Positions 20,572 through 30,125 of a stretch of 64,000 bases of DNA are shown here, piece by piece. The notes beneath the pieces are model-generated. The model did no database searches. It had not been told where the DNA came from and worked only from the letters and a program-made list of their open reading frames with translations. A program made the position numbers and the translations under genes. The stretch lies in NCBI GenBank assembly GCA_963725595.1, contig CAVRYT010000001.1, positions 248,032 to 312,031 on the forward strand, given 5' to 3'. Within the stretch, counting starts at the first letter, position 1. Each line of letters begins with the position of its first letter. Source of the stretch: an uncultured Thermoleophilia bacterium (GTDB taxonomy: Bacteria; Actinomycetota; Thermoleophilia; Gaiellales; Gaiellaceae).

Positions 20572-20772
20572 TGGTGATACCTCCGAGTCGTAGCGGTGGG
20601 CGCGCAGCCCCCCGAGCCCGCAGTACGGGCCCCGGCAACACTGCGCCGAAAACGCGCGGCTCGTTCGCCGCGCCATGCCGCTACCTCGCCGCCGGATCCA
20701 CGGCAGGATCATGCCTGCTCGAGTGTGCCGACGACGGCACAGGGAATGACGCCTCGGCCCGATCTACGGCGC

Positions 20773-21411
20773 TCAGCGCAGAGCCTCCTGGAACCGCGGG
20801 TCGTCGCGTACGGCGGCGAAGTCGTCGTCCATGCGCGCCTGCTCACGGAACCGCGGGAACAGTTCCACGGACCGCTTGAGGTGGCCGAACGTCTCGTCGC
20901 CGGCGTTGCCGGCGAGTGTCGCAAAGCACGCGTAGTTGTAATGGAGGCCCGCGTGGTCAGGCATCCGCTCGAGGCCGCCGCAGACGGCTTCGAGCGCGTC
21001 GGCGTAGCGCTGCTCGCGATAGGCGATCAGCGACTCGCCATGGAACGACCACGCCTCACCCCAGTCGATCGCCTGATACGCCTCGCCGGGTGTCCCGCCG
21101 AGGGCGAGGATCGTCCCGGCTCCGGTTGCTTTCCGCCGTGCCTCCGGCCGGACGAACATGAATGTTCCTGCCGGCGCGTCGACCGTCTCGCCGTCAACCT
21201 CGAAGGTCGCCTTCCCATCGAGCACGATGTACAGCTCTTCCTGACCCGAGCCGGTCTCGTCGTGCTCGTTGATCAGCAAACCGTCCTCGTCGGCGGTGAA
21301 TGCGTTGATTCCGAAGGCGTGGATGCCGAGATGCTCGCGCACGGGGAGATCTCTGCCGCGCCGCTCGATCTCGTCGAGACGCGTGACCCGCCACTTCGGG
21401 TTGTCGTTCAT
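20773..21411 (-). CDS. cupin domain protein with helical C-terminal domain
   Basis: EELYIVLDGKATFEVDGE, GTFMFVRP. C-terminal helical repeat-like region. Confidence 0.65.
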   Translation of the reverse strand: MNDNPKWRVTRLDEIERRGRDLPVREHLGIHAFGINAFTADEDGLLINEHDETGSGQEELYIVLDGKATFEVDGETVDAPAGTFMFVRPEARRKATGAGTILALGGTPGEAYQAIDWGEAWSFHGESLIAYREQRYADALEAVCGGLERMPDHAGLHYNYACFATLAGNAGDETFGHLKRSVELFPRFREQARMDDDFAAVRDDPRFQEALR

Positions 21412-21536
21412 TCGATCACCTCCAGGAAAGACTCGTCATCGTGAACGTCGATCGCACCGCTGTCAAACGCCTCGACTGGTCTCTCTCCATCACCGTGGAA
21501 CAACGAACTCGACAAGCATCGAGACTCGAATGTGCA

Positions 21537-21626
21537 GCGTCCCGCGGTGCACCCCGAGCGCACCGCAGTCGAAACGGTGTCTGACACCTTCAAGGTGTCA
21601 GACACCGGTGCTGTCGCCTGCGCCAG
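21537..21626. repeat. nested-palindrome intergenic repeat, copy 1 (long form)
   Basis: Core GGTGTCTGACACC-TTCAA-GGTGTCAGACACC (21576-21606). About 90 nt align with copy 2. Confidence 0.8.
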
Positions 21627-21674
21627 TAATGCTGGAATGACGCCTGGCCGGGGGACCGTCCGGCCCAGGTGCGT

Positions 21675-22493
21675 CTACGTCACGCGGAGAAACGGTGCGC
21701 AGGTTGGCGCGCTGCGATTGCCGGACGGGTCGGAGGCGACGACACAGAAGCGCAGTCGGCGGCTGCGTAGTCGCTTCGGTACTTGCCACGTCACGGCTAC
21801 GTGGCGGGTGCCGATCTGGAACCGCATCTGCGTGGTGAGCGTTGCGACGAGCGTGCCGCTCTCGTAGATGCGGACGAGGGCGCTGCTTCGGCCGCTGTCG
21901 TCGAAGACGTCGAAGCGCAAGGTCGCGGGTTGACCCTGACGCGCCGAAGCGGGATACGCCGTGACAAGCGGTGCTCTGATGTCCGTCGAATCGAGTGCTG
22001 ATGCCGCAGCGAGGTGTTGAACTGCCGTCGTCGCGCTCAGCGTGAGGCCGTCGGGGCTCGTGGCGTCGATACGAAGCAAGCGCAGGATTGCTTCTTCTGC
22101 TGCGGTCGACCGTCCACCGTCGTAGATGCCGAATCCGGCGGGCATCACGACAAGCAACGGGCCGACATACCAGTGCCCAAGCTCGATTCCCAGGAAGTGC
22201 GCGTAGTCGGCGGGATGACCGAACAGAGACGGGATTGAGCCGAGATCCGTCTGGTCGTAGATCAACGCGACCTTGATGCGGTTCCTGTCCGCATACGCGC
22301 GGCCGACAGCTTGTTGCAGCGCGAGCCGTGCAGATTGCGACGGTGCGTTGTACGGGAAGAAGACGCTCTGCTCGAGCAACATGTCGCTCGCGGGGTCGCC
22401 GTCGGCACGCGAGACAGGAACCTGCAGCGCGACGATCGCGGCGACGGCGGCGAGCACAAGGGCCCGCCGAACGCCGCCGCGACCGCGCCCCAT
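21675..22493 (-). CDS. secreted hypothetical protein
   Basis: ATG 22493 overlaps the upstream stop (ATGA). Signal peptide MGRGRGGVRRALVLAAVAAIVALQVPVSRADG. I recognise no motif. Confidence 0.55.
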   Translation of the reverse strand: MGRGRGGVRRALVLAAVAAIVALQVPVSRADGDPASDMLLEQSVFFPYNAPSQSARLALQQAVGRAYADRNRIKVALIYDQTDLGSIPSLFGHPADYAHFLGIELGHWYVGPLLVVMPAGFGIYDGGRSTAAEEAILRLLRIDATSPDGLTLSATTAVQHLAAASALDSTDIRAPLVTAYPASARQGQPATLRFDVFDDSGRSSALVRIYESGTLVATLTTQMRFQIGTRHVAVTWQVPKRLRSRRLRFCVVASDPSGNRSAPTCAPFLRVT

Positions 22494-23110
22494 CACTTGC
22501 CGCAGGTCGACGGCTGTGCCTTGTCGATCCGCAGGCCGGTGGTCGGCGTTCCACCGGGGACGATGAACGTGACGATGTCGCTCGCAGCCGCACTCGTCTC
22601 GTTCTTGACGATGAACGTGTTCGCGCCCGTCTCCGTCCACGACTGCCCTGGGTCATACGTCTGCGACGAGCAGTCGGTGCCGTATTTCGTGAGCGTTCCC
22701 GTCAGCTCCGTCGAGACGAGGAACCCGGGATGGGTATGCCAGCCCGAGGCCGCGCCCGCCGGGAAGTTCACTGTCTGGGTGACGATCTCGGGCGAGTGGA
22801 GCACGCCGATCGGCACCAGCCCGAACGCCGCCGAAACCGCCGGATGCAGGTTGAGCCAGTCGCCGAGGCTCGTCACACCTTCCACGCGGCGCGCCAGCAG
22901 GAACTCCGGCAGTTGGTCTGCGCTGTAGTGCTTCGTGCCCCACGTCAGGCCGTTCCCGGTCACCGGCAAGCCCGTGTTGAAGGCGACGTCGCCGTTCAAC
23001 GAGCCGATCGACATGACCGTCGACTTCGTCCCACTCGCCGGCGTTGCGAGCGCGACAGACACCCAGATGACCGCACCGGCCAGAGGAACGAGAATGAGAA
23101 GCCGTTTCAC
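22493..23110 (-). CDS. secreted cupin-like protein
   Basis: GTG 23110 after GGAGG. Signal peptide VKRLLILVPLAGAVIWVSVALA. Cupin motif GAASGWHTHPG. Confidence 0.6.
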   Translation of the reverse strand: MKRLLILVPLAGAVIWVSVALATPASGTKSTVMSIGSLNGDVAFNTGLPVTGNGLTWGTKHYSADQLPEFLLARRVEGVTSLGDWLNLHPAVSAAFGLVPIGVLHSPEIVTQTVNFPAGAASGWHTHPGFLVSTELTGTLTKYGTDCSSQTYDPGQSWTETGANTFIVKNETSAAASDIVTFIVPGGTPTTGLRIDKAQPSTCGK

Positions 23111-23291
23111 GCTTGCCTCCGATCTCCGTCGAGGGATCGACCCGTGCGACCCCGCTGACGCCGACGCTAGGAGGCGCGTGCCCAAGTTCCTACGGTGCTA
23201 CCAGGCGAAGCATCAGGGGGCTACCCAGCCAACCGCCGTGGGCCTAGCCCGTGGTGCTCCAGAGCACAGTCTTGATCTTTCGACTGGGCGA

Positions 23292-23379
23292 GCGTTCCGC
23301 GGTGCACCCTGAGCACACGGCACTTCAAATGTGTCTGATACCTCAAGGTGTCAGACACCGGTGCGGTGCCTTGCGCCAG
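23292..23379. repeat. nested-palindrome intergenic repeat, copy 2 (long form, same orientation as copy 1)
   Basis: Core TGTGTCTGATACC-TCAA-GGTGTCAGACACC (23330-23359). The flanks align with copy 1. Confidence 0.8.
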
Positions 23380-23430
23380 AGTCCTCTCGCCGCGTCGCCG
23401 ATAGCGCTCGTCCCTCAGTAGGCTCCCGCC

Positions 23431-24180
23431 ATGTGCTTCGACACCGACTCCGAGCCGCCGATCCCGGTGATCGCGGGCGCCGCCGTCTCGCACGAGAGCG
23501 CCGTGCTGACCGCGGCCGACGGGAACCGGCTCGCCGCGTTCGTCGCGACCCCTGACGAGCCGGTGGCGAGCGGTGTCGTCATCTATCCCGACGTGCGCGG
23601 GCTGTATCGCTTCTACGAGGAGCTCGCGTTGCGCTTCGCGGAGCGAGGTCATGCTGCGATCGCGTTCGACTACTTCGGCCGCAGCGCCGGCACGAGCACG
23701 CGCGACGACGACTTCGAGTACATGCCGCACGTCGACCAGACGACGGACGCCGGCGTACAGGCGGACGCCGCCGCTGCGATCGCTCGGCTGCGCGAGGTGG
23801 GTGCCTCGTCGGTCTTCTCCGTCGGCTTCTGCTTCGGCGGACGCGCTTCGTGGGTCGGCGCGGCTTCGGGCCTCGGGCTCGCGGGCGCGATCGGCTTCTA
23901 CGGCAACCCGACGCGCGAGCGCGGCGGCCCGAGCGTGGTCGCACGCGCGCACGAGATCGCGTGCCCGATCCTCGCGCTGCAGGCGGGCGACGACGCAGGC
24001 ATCACCGCGGACGACAACGACGAGTTCGAGCGCGCGCTCGCCGAAGCGGCCGTCGAGCACGAGATCGTCGTCTTCGAGGGCGCGCCGCACAGCTTCTTCG
24101 ACCGCAAGCAGGCGGAGTTCGCTGCGGCGTCGGACGACGCCTGGCAGCGGACGCTGGAGTTCATCTCCGCGCACACGTGA
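23431..24180 (+). CDS. dienelactone hydrolase family protein
   Basis: [20 protein letters not shown], nucleophile context [14 protein letters not shown]. Confidence 0.8.
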   Translation: MCFDTDSEPPIPVIAGAAVSHESAVLTAADGNRLAAFVATPDEPVASGVVIYPDVRGLYRFYEELALRFAERGHAAIAFDYFGRSAGTSTRDDDFEYMPHVDQTTDAGVQADAAAAIARLREVGASSVFSVGFCFGGRASWVGAASGLGLAGAIGFYGNPTRERGGPSVVARAHEIACPILALQAGDDAGITADDNDEFERALAEAAVEHEIVVFEGAPHSFFDRKQAEFAAASDDAWQRTLEFISAHT

Positions 24181-25547
24181 TCCTCGCGATCGACCAGGGC
24201 ACCACCGGGACGACGTGCCTGCTCGTCGGCGAGGACCTGATTGTCCGCGGACGCGGCTATCGCGAGTTGGCGCAGCACTTCCCGCGGCCCGGGTGGGTCG
24301 AGCACGACCCGGAGGAGATCTGGCAGAGCGTGCTCGGCGCCGCGGCCGACGCCGGCTTCGAGGGTGGGACGGTCGCGATCACGAATCAGCGCGAGACGAC
24401 GGTGCTCTGGGATCGTGCGACCGGGCGGCCCGTCGCGCCCGCGATCGTCTGGCAGGACCGCCGGACGGCGGCGCGGTGCGGCGAGCTCGACGCCGAGCTG
24501 ATCCGCCGGAAGACCGGGCTCGTGCCCGACCCGTACTTCTCTGCGACGAAGCTCGAATGGCTGCTCCGGGACCGCGACCCGAAGGGGCTCGCCTTCGGGA
24601 CCGTCGACTCGTGGCTTGCCTGGAAGCTGACGGGCGGCCGCGAGCACGTGACCGACCGGACGAACGCCTCGCGGACGATGCTGTGCTCGCTCGACCGGCT
24701 CGACTGGGACGACGAGCTGCTCGCGCTCTTCGGCGTCGACCGCTCGCTCCTGCCGCGCATCGTCGGCTCGTCCGACGAAGTGGGGGAGGGCGACCTCGGC
24801 GGCCGGGAGGTGGTGATCCGTGGGATCGCCGGTGACCAGCAGGCCGCCCTCTACGGCCAGGGCTGCCATGCCCCCGGCGAGGGCAAGGCGACCTACGGCA
24901 CGGGCAGCTTCGTCCTCGTCCACACGGGCGAGGACTGCTCGCCGCCGCCGCACGGGTTGCTGCGGACCGCGGCGGCGGACGGTTATGCCCTCGAGGGGGC
25001 GGTGCTCGTCGCGGGCGCGGCCCTGCAGTGGCTCCGTGACGGGCTCGGCCTGATCGGCGACGCTGCCGAGAGCGAGGCGCTCGCCCACAGCGTCGCCGAC
25101 ACGGGCGGGGTCGTCTTCGTCCCTGCGCTGACCGGGCTCGGCTCGCCCTGGTGGGATGCCGGCGCGCGCGGCCTCGTCGCCGGCCTCACCCGCGGCACGA
25201 CGCGCGCGCACCTCGTGCGGGCCGCGCTCGAGGCGATCGCGCACCAGGTCGCGGACGTCGTGGAGGCGCTCCCGAAGTCGCCCGCCGTGCTGCGGGCCGA
25301 CGGCGGCGCGAGCGCGAACGGCTTCCTCATGCAGCTCCAGGCCGACCTGCTCGGAGTTCCGGTCGAGGTGGCCGCCGAGCGGGAGACGACCGCGCTCGGG
25401 GCCGCCGCTCTCGCAGCCGGCCACGGCGCCCGTGTGGCCGTCGGGGCGGTCTTCGAGCCGCGGCTCGGGCGGGACGAGGTCGGGGCCCAGCGCGAGCGCT
25501 GGCGGGACGCTCTGAACCGATCCCGGACTTCCAGCAGTACTTCTTAG
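24177..25547 (+). CDS. glpK: glycerol kinase
   Basis: GTG 24177 overlaps the DLH stop (GTGA). Motifs: [40 protein letters not shown]. Confidence 0.85.
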   Translation: MILAIDQGTTGTTCLLVGEDLIVRGRGYRELAQHFPRPGWVEHDPEEIWQSVLGAAADAGFEGGTVAITNQRETTVLWDRATGRPVAPAIVWQDRRTAARCGELDAELIRRKTGLVPDPYFSATKLEWLLRDRDPKGLAFGTVDSWLAWKLTGGREHVTDRTNASRTMLCSLDRLDWDDELLALFGVDRSLLPRIVGSSDEVGEGDLGGREVVIRGIAGDQQAALYGQGCHAPGEGKATYGTGSFVLVHTGEDCSPPPHGLLRTAAADGYALEGAVLVAGAALQWLRDGLGLIGDAAESEALAHSVADTGGVVFVPALTGLGSPWWDAGARGLVAGLTRGTTRAHLVRAALEAIAHQVADVVEALPKSPAVLRADGGASANGFLMQLQADLLGVPVEVAAERETTALGAAALAAGHGARVAVGAVFEPRLGRDEVGAQRERWRDALNRSRTSSSTS

Positions 25548-25596
25548 GTCGAGAAGGCATCCTTTGGGTGACAGGCACCCGGAGCAAGGAGGGAAC

Positions 25597-26583
25597 ATGG
25601 AGGCCGAGGGCGGCAAGCTCGAGCAGGCGCTGTTCGAGATCCGGCGCGTGATCGCGGGTCAGGAGGGAATGCTCGAGCGCGTGCTGGTCTGCCTGCTCGC
25701 GGGCGGCCACGTGCTGATCGAGGGCGTGCCCGGCCTCGCGAAGACGCTGACGATCAAGACGACGGCCGCCGTGCTCGGCGGCACGTTCCACCGTGTGCAG
25801 TTCACGCCCGACCTCGTCCCGTCCGACCTCGTCGGCACGCGCATCTACCGCCCCGACCGCGCCGACTTCGACACGGAGCTCGGCCCCGTCTTCTGCAACT
25901 TCCTGCTCGCCGACGAGATCAACCGCGCGCCCGCGAAGGTGCAGTCGGCGCTGCTCGAGGTAATGCAGGAGCGCCAGGTCACGATCGGCCACCAGACCTT
26001 CCCGGTCCCACAGCCGTTCCTCGTGCTCGCGACCCAGAACCCGATCGAGTCCGAAGGCACCTACCCGCTGCCCGAGGCGCAGGTCGACCGCTTCATGCTC
26101 AAGGTGCTGGTCGACTACCCGGCCCATGACGAGGAGCTGACGGTCGTGTCGCGGTCGCTCGAAGAGCCGCCCGTGCTCGAGCAGGTGCTCTCGCTCGACG
26201 ACCTGAAGGAGCTCCAGGCCCGGGCCGCGTCGGTGTACGTCGACCCGGCGCTGATCAGCTGGTCGGTCTCGGTCGCGACGGCGACGCGGCGGCCGGCCGA
26301 GCATGGCGTGCACGACGTCGCCGACTACGTGGCCTTCGGCGCCAGCCCGCGCGGCCCGATCAGCCTCGTCGCGGCCTCCCGGGCGCTCGCCCTCATCCGG
26401 GGCCGTGACTACGTGGTGCCCGGCGACCTCGAGGCGCTCGTCCGCGACGCATTCCGGCACCGGCTCGTGCTCTCCTACCGCGCGCTCGCCGAGGAGGTGG
26501 CGCCCGACACGGTGCTCGACCGCGTCCTCGCGGCAGTGCCGCTGCCGCAGATCGACCTCGGCCGCGCGAACGCCGTCGCCTGA
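25597..26583 (+). CDS. MoxR-family AAA+ ATPase
   Basis: ATG 25597 follows AAGGAGGG. Walker A context GVPGLAKT, then DLVGT, LLADEINRAPAKVQSALLEVMQE. Confidence 0.9.
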   Translation: MEAEGGKLEQALFEIRRVIAGQEGMLERVLVCLLAGGHVLIEGVPGLAKTLTIKTTAAVLGGTFHRVQFTPDLVPSDLVGTRIYRPDRADFDTELGPVFCNFLLADEINRAPAKVQSALLEVMQERQVTIGHQTFPVPQPFLVLATQNPIESEGTYPLPEAQVDRFMLKVLVDYPAHDEELTVVSRSLEEPPVLEQVLSLDDLKELQARAASVYVDPALISWSVSVATATRRPAEHGVHDVADYVAFGASPRGPISLVAASRALALIRGRDYVVPGDLEALVRDAFRHRLVLSYRALAEEVAPDTVLDRVLAAVPLPQIDLGRANAVA

Positions 26584-27488
26584 TGCTCGTCCCGACGCGG
26601 ACGCCGGAGCAGCCCGGGCCGGGACCGCTCTCGACCGCGTCGCTGCGCGCGCTCGAGCTGTCGATCGGCCGCCGGGTCGACGGCCTGCTCGCGGGGGACT
26701 ATCGCTCGTCCTTCGCCGGCGTCGGCAGCGAGCTTTGGCAGGTGCGGCTCTACGAGCCGGGCGACGACGTTCGCCGGATCGAATGGAACGTCACCGCCCG
26801 CACCGGCCAGCCGCACGTGCGGGTCGAGCTCGCCGAGCGCGTGCTCGTGACCTGGCTCGTGATCGACGCATCCGCGTCGATGGCGTTCGGCACCGGCGAC
26901 CGGCGCAAAGCGGACGTCGCCGAGGGCGCCGCGATCGCGATCGGCTACGCCGCGACGCGGCGGGGGAACCGGCTCGGCACGATCTCGTTCGGCGACGAGC
27001 CTGCGGTCGAGCCGCCGCGCCAGGGTCGGCGGGGCCTGCTCGACGCGCTGCAGCTGCTCCGCGAGCTCCCTGCCGCCGGTGCGGCGACGCTGGGCAGCGC
27101 GCTCGAGCTGGCAGACCGCGTGATCCGCCAGCGTGCACTCGTCGTGGTCGTCTCCGATTTTCGCGGCCCGATCGACTGGCGGCCGCCGCTCCTTCGCCTC
27201 GCCTCGCGTCACACCGTCCTCGCCCTCGAGGTGCGCGACCCGCGCGAGCAGGAGCTCGCCGACGTTGGCGAGCTGCGGCTCGTCGACCCGGAGACGGGCC
27301 GGCAGCTCCGGGTCGACACCTCCGACCGGCGGCTGCGTGAGCGGTTCGCCGCGGCCGCTGCCGGGGAGCGGCAGGCGCTCGCCTCCACGCTCGCCGGCGC
27401 CGGCGTCCGTCACGTCGCGCTCTCGACCGAGGGCGACTGGCTGCGGCCGCTGGCCGTCTTCCTGCGCCGGGAGCGCCGCGGCCGGTGA
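26583..27488 (+). CDS. DUF58-family protein (MoxR partner)
   Basis: Start overlaps the moxR stop (TGATG). YEPGDDVRRIEWNVTAR motif. Confidence 0.8.
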   Translation: MLVPTRTPEQPGPGPLSTASLRALELSIGRRVDGLLAGDYRSSFAGVGSELWQVRLYEPGDDVRRIEWNVTARTGQPHVRVELAERVLVTWLVIDASASMAFGTGDRRKADVAEGAAIAIGYAATRRGNRLGTISFGDEPAVEPPRQGRRGLLDALQLLRELPAAGAATLGSALELADRVIRQRALVVVVSDFRGPIDWRPPLLRLASRHTVLALEVRDPREQELADVGELRLVDPETGRQLRVDTSDRRLRERFAAAAAGERQALASTLAGAGVRHVALSTEGDWLRPLAVFLRRERRGR

Positions 27489-28456
27489 GCTTCGCCGCGC
27501 CGGTCCTGCTCGTGCTCCTGCTCGCCGTCCCGGCGGCGGTCTGGGGGTACCTGCAGCTCGAACGCCACCGCGAACGCCGGTCGGAGGCCTGGGCGCCGGT
27601 TGCCCTGCAGCCGAACATGGTCGCCCGGCCGCCGTCCTGGCGACGCCATCTGCCGACGGCGCTCCTGCTCGTCGGGGTCGCGATCCTGCTCGTGGGCTTT
27701 GCGCGGCCGAAGGCGACCTTCCACGTCTCGAGCCAGGAGGCGACGCTCGTGCTCGTGCTCGACGTGTCGGGCTCGATGGCCGCGACGGACGCCCAGCCGT
27801 CCAGGCTCGCAGCCGCGAAGCTTGCTGCCGACCGCTTCCTGCAACGGCTGCCGCACCACTACCAGGTGGCGGTGGTGACGTTCTCCGACCACAGCGCCGT
27901 CGTCGCGACGCCGACGCACGATCTCGCACGTGCACGTGCCGCGATCGCTGCGGCGCACGCCGGGCCGCAGGGCACGGCGCTCGCGGGCGCGGTCGTGCGG
28001 GCCGTGCAGGTGGGGGCGTCGGTCAAGGGCTCGAAGGGCTCGTCGACCCGGCCGCCGGCCGTCGTCGTCGTCTTCTCCGACGGCGGTCAGACCGCGGGGC
28101 GGATCACCCCCCAGCAGGCGGTCCACGTCGCGAAGAAGGCCGGTATCCCCGTCGCGACTGCGCTCGTCGGCACCCCCGACGGGGTGGTGACGCAGGCCCT
28201 GCAGGGCGGCTACACCGAGCGTATCCAGGTCCCGGCCGATCCCACGTTGCTGCGCACGATCTCGACCGGGAGCGGCGGGTCGTTCTACCCCTCGCTCGCC
28301 TCGGTCGACGTCGAGCACACCTACGCACGGCTCGGCTCCCGCGTGGGCAGCAAGCGCAAGACGGTCGAGGTCACCGCGGCCGCGGCCGGCGGCGGGCTCG
28401 CCTTCATGCTCGCAGGAGCGCTCCTCGGCGGGATCTGGTTCCGGAGGGTCCCGTGA
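27485..28456 (+). CDS. membrane-anchored von Willebrand factor A domain protein (BatA-like)
   Basis: GTGA overlap with the upstream gene. N- and C-terminal TM segments. MIDAS context VLDVSGSM. Confidence 0.85.
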   Translation: MSFAAPVLLVLLLAVPAAVWGYLQLERHRERRSEAWAPVALQPNMVARPPSWRRHLPTALLLVGVAILLVGFARPKATFHVSSQEATLVLVLDVSGSMAATDAQPSRLAAAKLAADRFLQRLPHHYQVAVVTFSDHSAVVATPTHDLARARAAIAAAHAGPQGTALAGAVVRAVQVGASVKGSKGSSTRPPAVVVVFSDGGQTAGRITPQQAVHVAKKAGIPVATALVGTPDGVVTQALQGGYTERIQVPADPTLLRTISTGSGGSFYPSLASVDVEHTYARLGSRVGSKRKTVEVTAAAAGGGLAFMLAGALLGGIWFRRVP

Positions 28457-29133
28457 GGTTCGCACTCGCAGCCGTCGCCGTCGCCGCGCTGGCGGCGGTC
28501 GCCGCTCCGGTCGGCGGCGCGACCGCCGAATGCAGCGGCATCCAGCAGTGCATCCCGGTCGCCGGCCCCTGGGTGGTCGTGCCGGCGCACGGCACCGCCC
28601 AGTACCTGCTCTCCTGCCCCGGCGGGCGCAGCGTCGTCGGCGGCCTGGACGCGCAGGCCACCTCACGCGCGGTGCACGTGGGCTTCGACGGGCGACTCGG
28701 CGCGCCTGTCGGGCCGGGGGTGACGACGACGCGCTACGCGCTCTTCCGGGCGGTGTCGACGTCGACGAAGCGGGAGGCGTTCCAGCCCCGCCTCGGCTGC
28801 ATCCCGGTGCAGGGCGGAGGGGGCCGCTCGACCGTCTCGGCGCGCGTGACCGCGCCGGGCCCGGCGCTCGACCTGCGGGCGCGGATCGTCGTCGTAGGCC
28901 CCGGCGACACCCGCTTCGGGAAGATCGGCTGCCCGGCGGGCGAGGCGCTCGTCGACTCCTGGCACGCGCTCGCGTTCCGGACGAAGGACGCGCCGCAGCT
29001 CTCGGAGGCGCAGTATGTGCGTGCGCAGCACGTGGTCGTCGGCAAGCAGGTCGTCGTGACGGCGAGCTCGACCGACGCGCTGTCGATCGACGTGCACGCG
29101 ATCGTCCAGGCAGGAGTGGGGTGTGCGCAGTGA
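28453..29133 (+). CDS. secreted Cys-containing hypothetical protein embedded in the MoxR/VWA operon
   Basis: GTGA overlaps at both ends. Signal peptide VRFALAAVAVAALAAVAAPVGGATA. Seven Cys residues. I recognise no motif. Confidence 0.55.
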   Translation: MRFALAAVAVAALAAVAAPVGGATAECSGIQQCIPVAGPWVVVPAHGTAQYLLSCPGGRSVVGGLDAQATSRAVHVGFDGRLGAPVGPGVTTTRYALFRAVSTSTKREAFQPRLGCIPVQGGGGRSTVSARVTAPGPALDLRARIVVVGPGDTRFGKIGCPAGEALVDSWHALAFRTKDAPQLSEAQYVRAQHVVVGKQVVVTASSTDALSIDVHAIVQAGVGCAQ

Positions 29134-30125
29134 CGTTCGCGTCGCCATGGCTGCTCGCCGCGCTCCTCGTGGTGCCGCTGGTGCTCGTGCTTGCGCTGCT
29201 GCTCGAGCGCCGTCGCGCCCGGTACGTCGTCGCGTTCACGAACCTCGACCTGCTCGCGCAGGTCGCGCCGACGCCTCGCACGTGGCGGCGCTTCCTGCCG
29301 CTCGTGCTCCTGCTGGCCGCGCTGGCGTCGGCCGCCACGGCGCTCGCCCGCCCGTACGCGCACGAGTCGGTGCCGTCCGACCGCGCCACCGTCGTCCTCG
29401 TCGTCGACGTCTCGGGATCGATGCGGGCCGACGACATCAAGCCGACTCGCCTCGACGCTGCGGCGCACGCGATGTCCGTGTTCGCGTCGAAGGTGCCGAA
29501 GCAGGTCCGCCTCGGCCTCGTCTCGTTCTCGTCCGACCCGAACATCCTCGTCATGCCGACGACCGACCGAAGCGTGCTGCAGGAGGGAATCGACCTGCTC
29601 GAGCCGGAGGGCGGGACGGCGATCGGCGACGCGCTGTTCGTCGCGGTTCAGACCGTGCGTGCGTCCGTCGGCAACGCGCCGCGCAACAAGGACGGGAAGA
29701 TCCCCGGCGCGATCGTGCTCCTCTCCGACGGTGCGCAGACGCGTGGCTCGCTCTCGCCGCTCGAGGGCGCGGACAAGGCGAAGGCGGCGGGGATCCGTGT
29801 CTACACCGTCGCGCTCGGCACCGACCACGGCACGCTCGGCGGCGGCGCCTTCGGGGGTTTTGGCTTCGGCGGCACCTTCGGCAACCAGCGCTTCCCGGTG
29901 AAGCCGGACCCGGTGACGCTCGCCGCGATCGCGAAGGACACCGGCGGGACGACCTTCCGAGCGAAGAGTGCCTCGACCGTCGACCAGATCTACGGGCAGC
30001 TCGGCGCGAGCATCGCGCACCGCTCGGTCAGCCACGAGGTCACGTCGTGGTTCGTCGGCGCAGCGGCGCTGCTCGCGCTCCTGTCGCTCGGCGCGGCGCG
30101 CCTCACTGCAGGACGCCTTCCCTAG
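29130..30125 (+). CDS. membrane-anchored von Willebrand factor A domain protein (BatB-like)
   Basis: MIDAS context VVDVSGSM, plus GGTAIGDAL and LLSDGAQT. Terminal TM segment. Confidence 0.85.
   Translation: MTFASPWLLAALLVVPLVLVLALLLERRRARYVVAFTNLDLLAQVAPTPRTWRRFLPLVLLLAALASAATALARPYAHESVPSDRATVVLVVDVSGSMRADDIKPTRLDAAAHAMSVFASKVPKQVRLGLVSFSSDPNILVMPTTDRSVLQEGIDLLEPEGGTAIGDALFVAVQTVRASVGNAPRNKDGKIPGAIVLLSDGAQTRGSLSPLEGADKAKAAGIRVYTVALGTDHGTLGGGAFGGFGFGGTFGNQRFPVKPDPVTLAAIAKDTGGTTFRAKSASTVDQIYGQLGASIAHRSVSHEVTSWFVGAAALLALLSLGAARLTAGRLP

Noticed and set aside
21408-21867. ORFs 21408..21605(-), 21532..21867(+) and 23331..23555(+) that start inside the palindromic repeats (peptides MSDTLKVSDT.., ..VSDTFKVSDTG.., MSDTSRCQTP..).
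   Set aside because: Their starts and similar peptides are generated by the repeat itself on both strands. Codon usage is atypical (many A/T-ending codons) and the downstream parts are low-complexity. The ATGA overlap of 21408..21605 with the cupin gene is noted but is insufficient.
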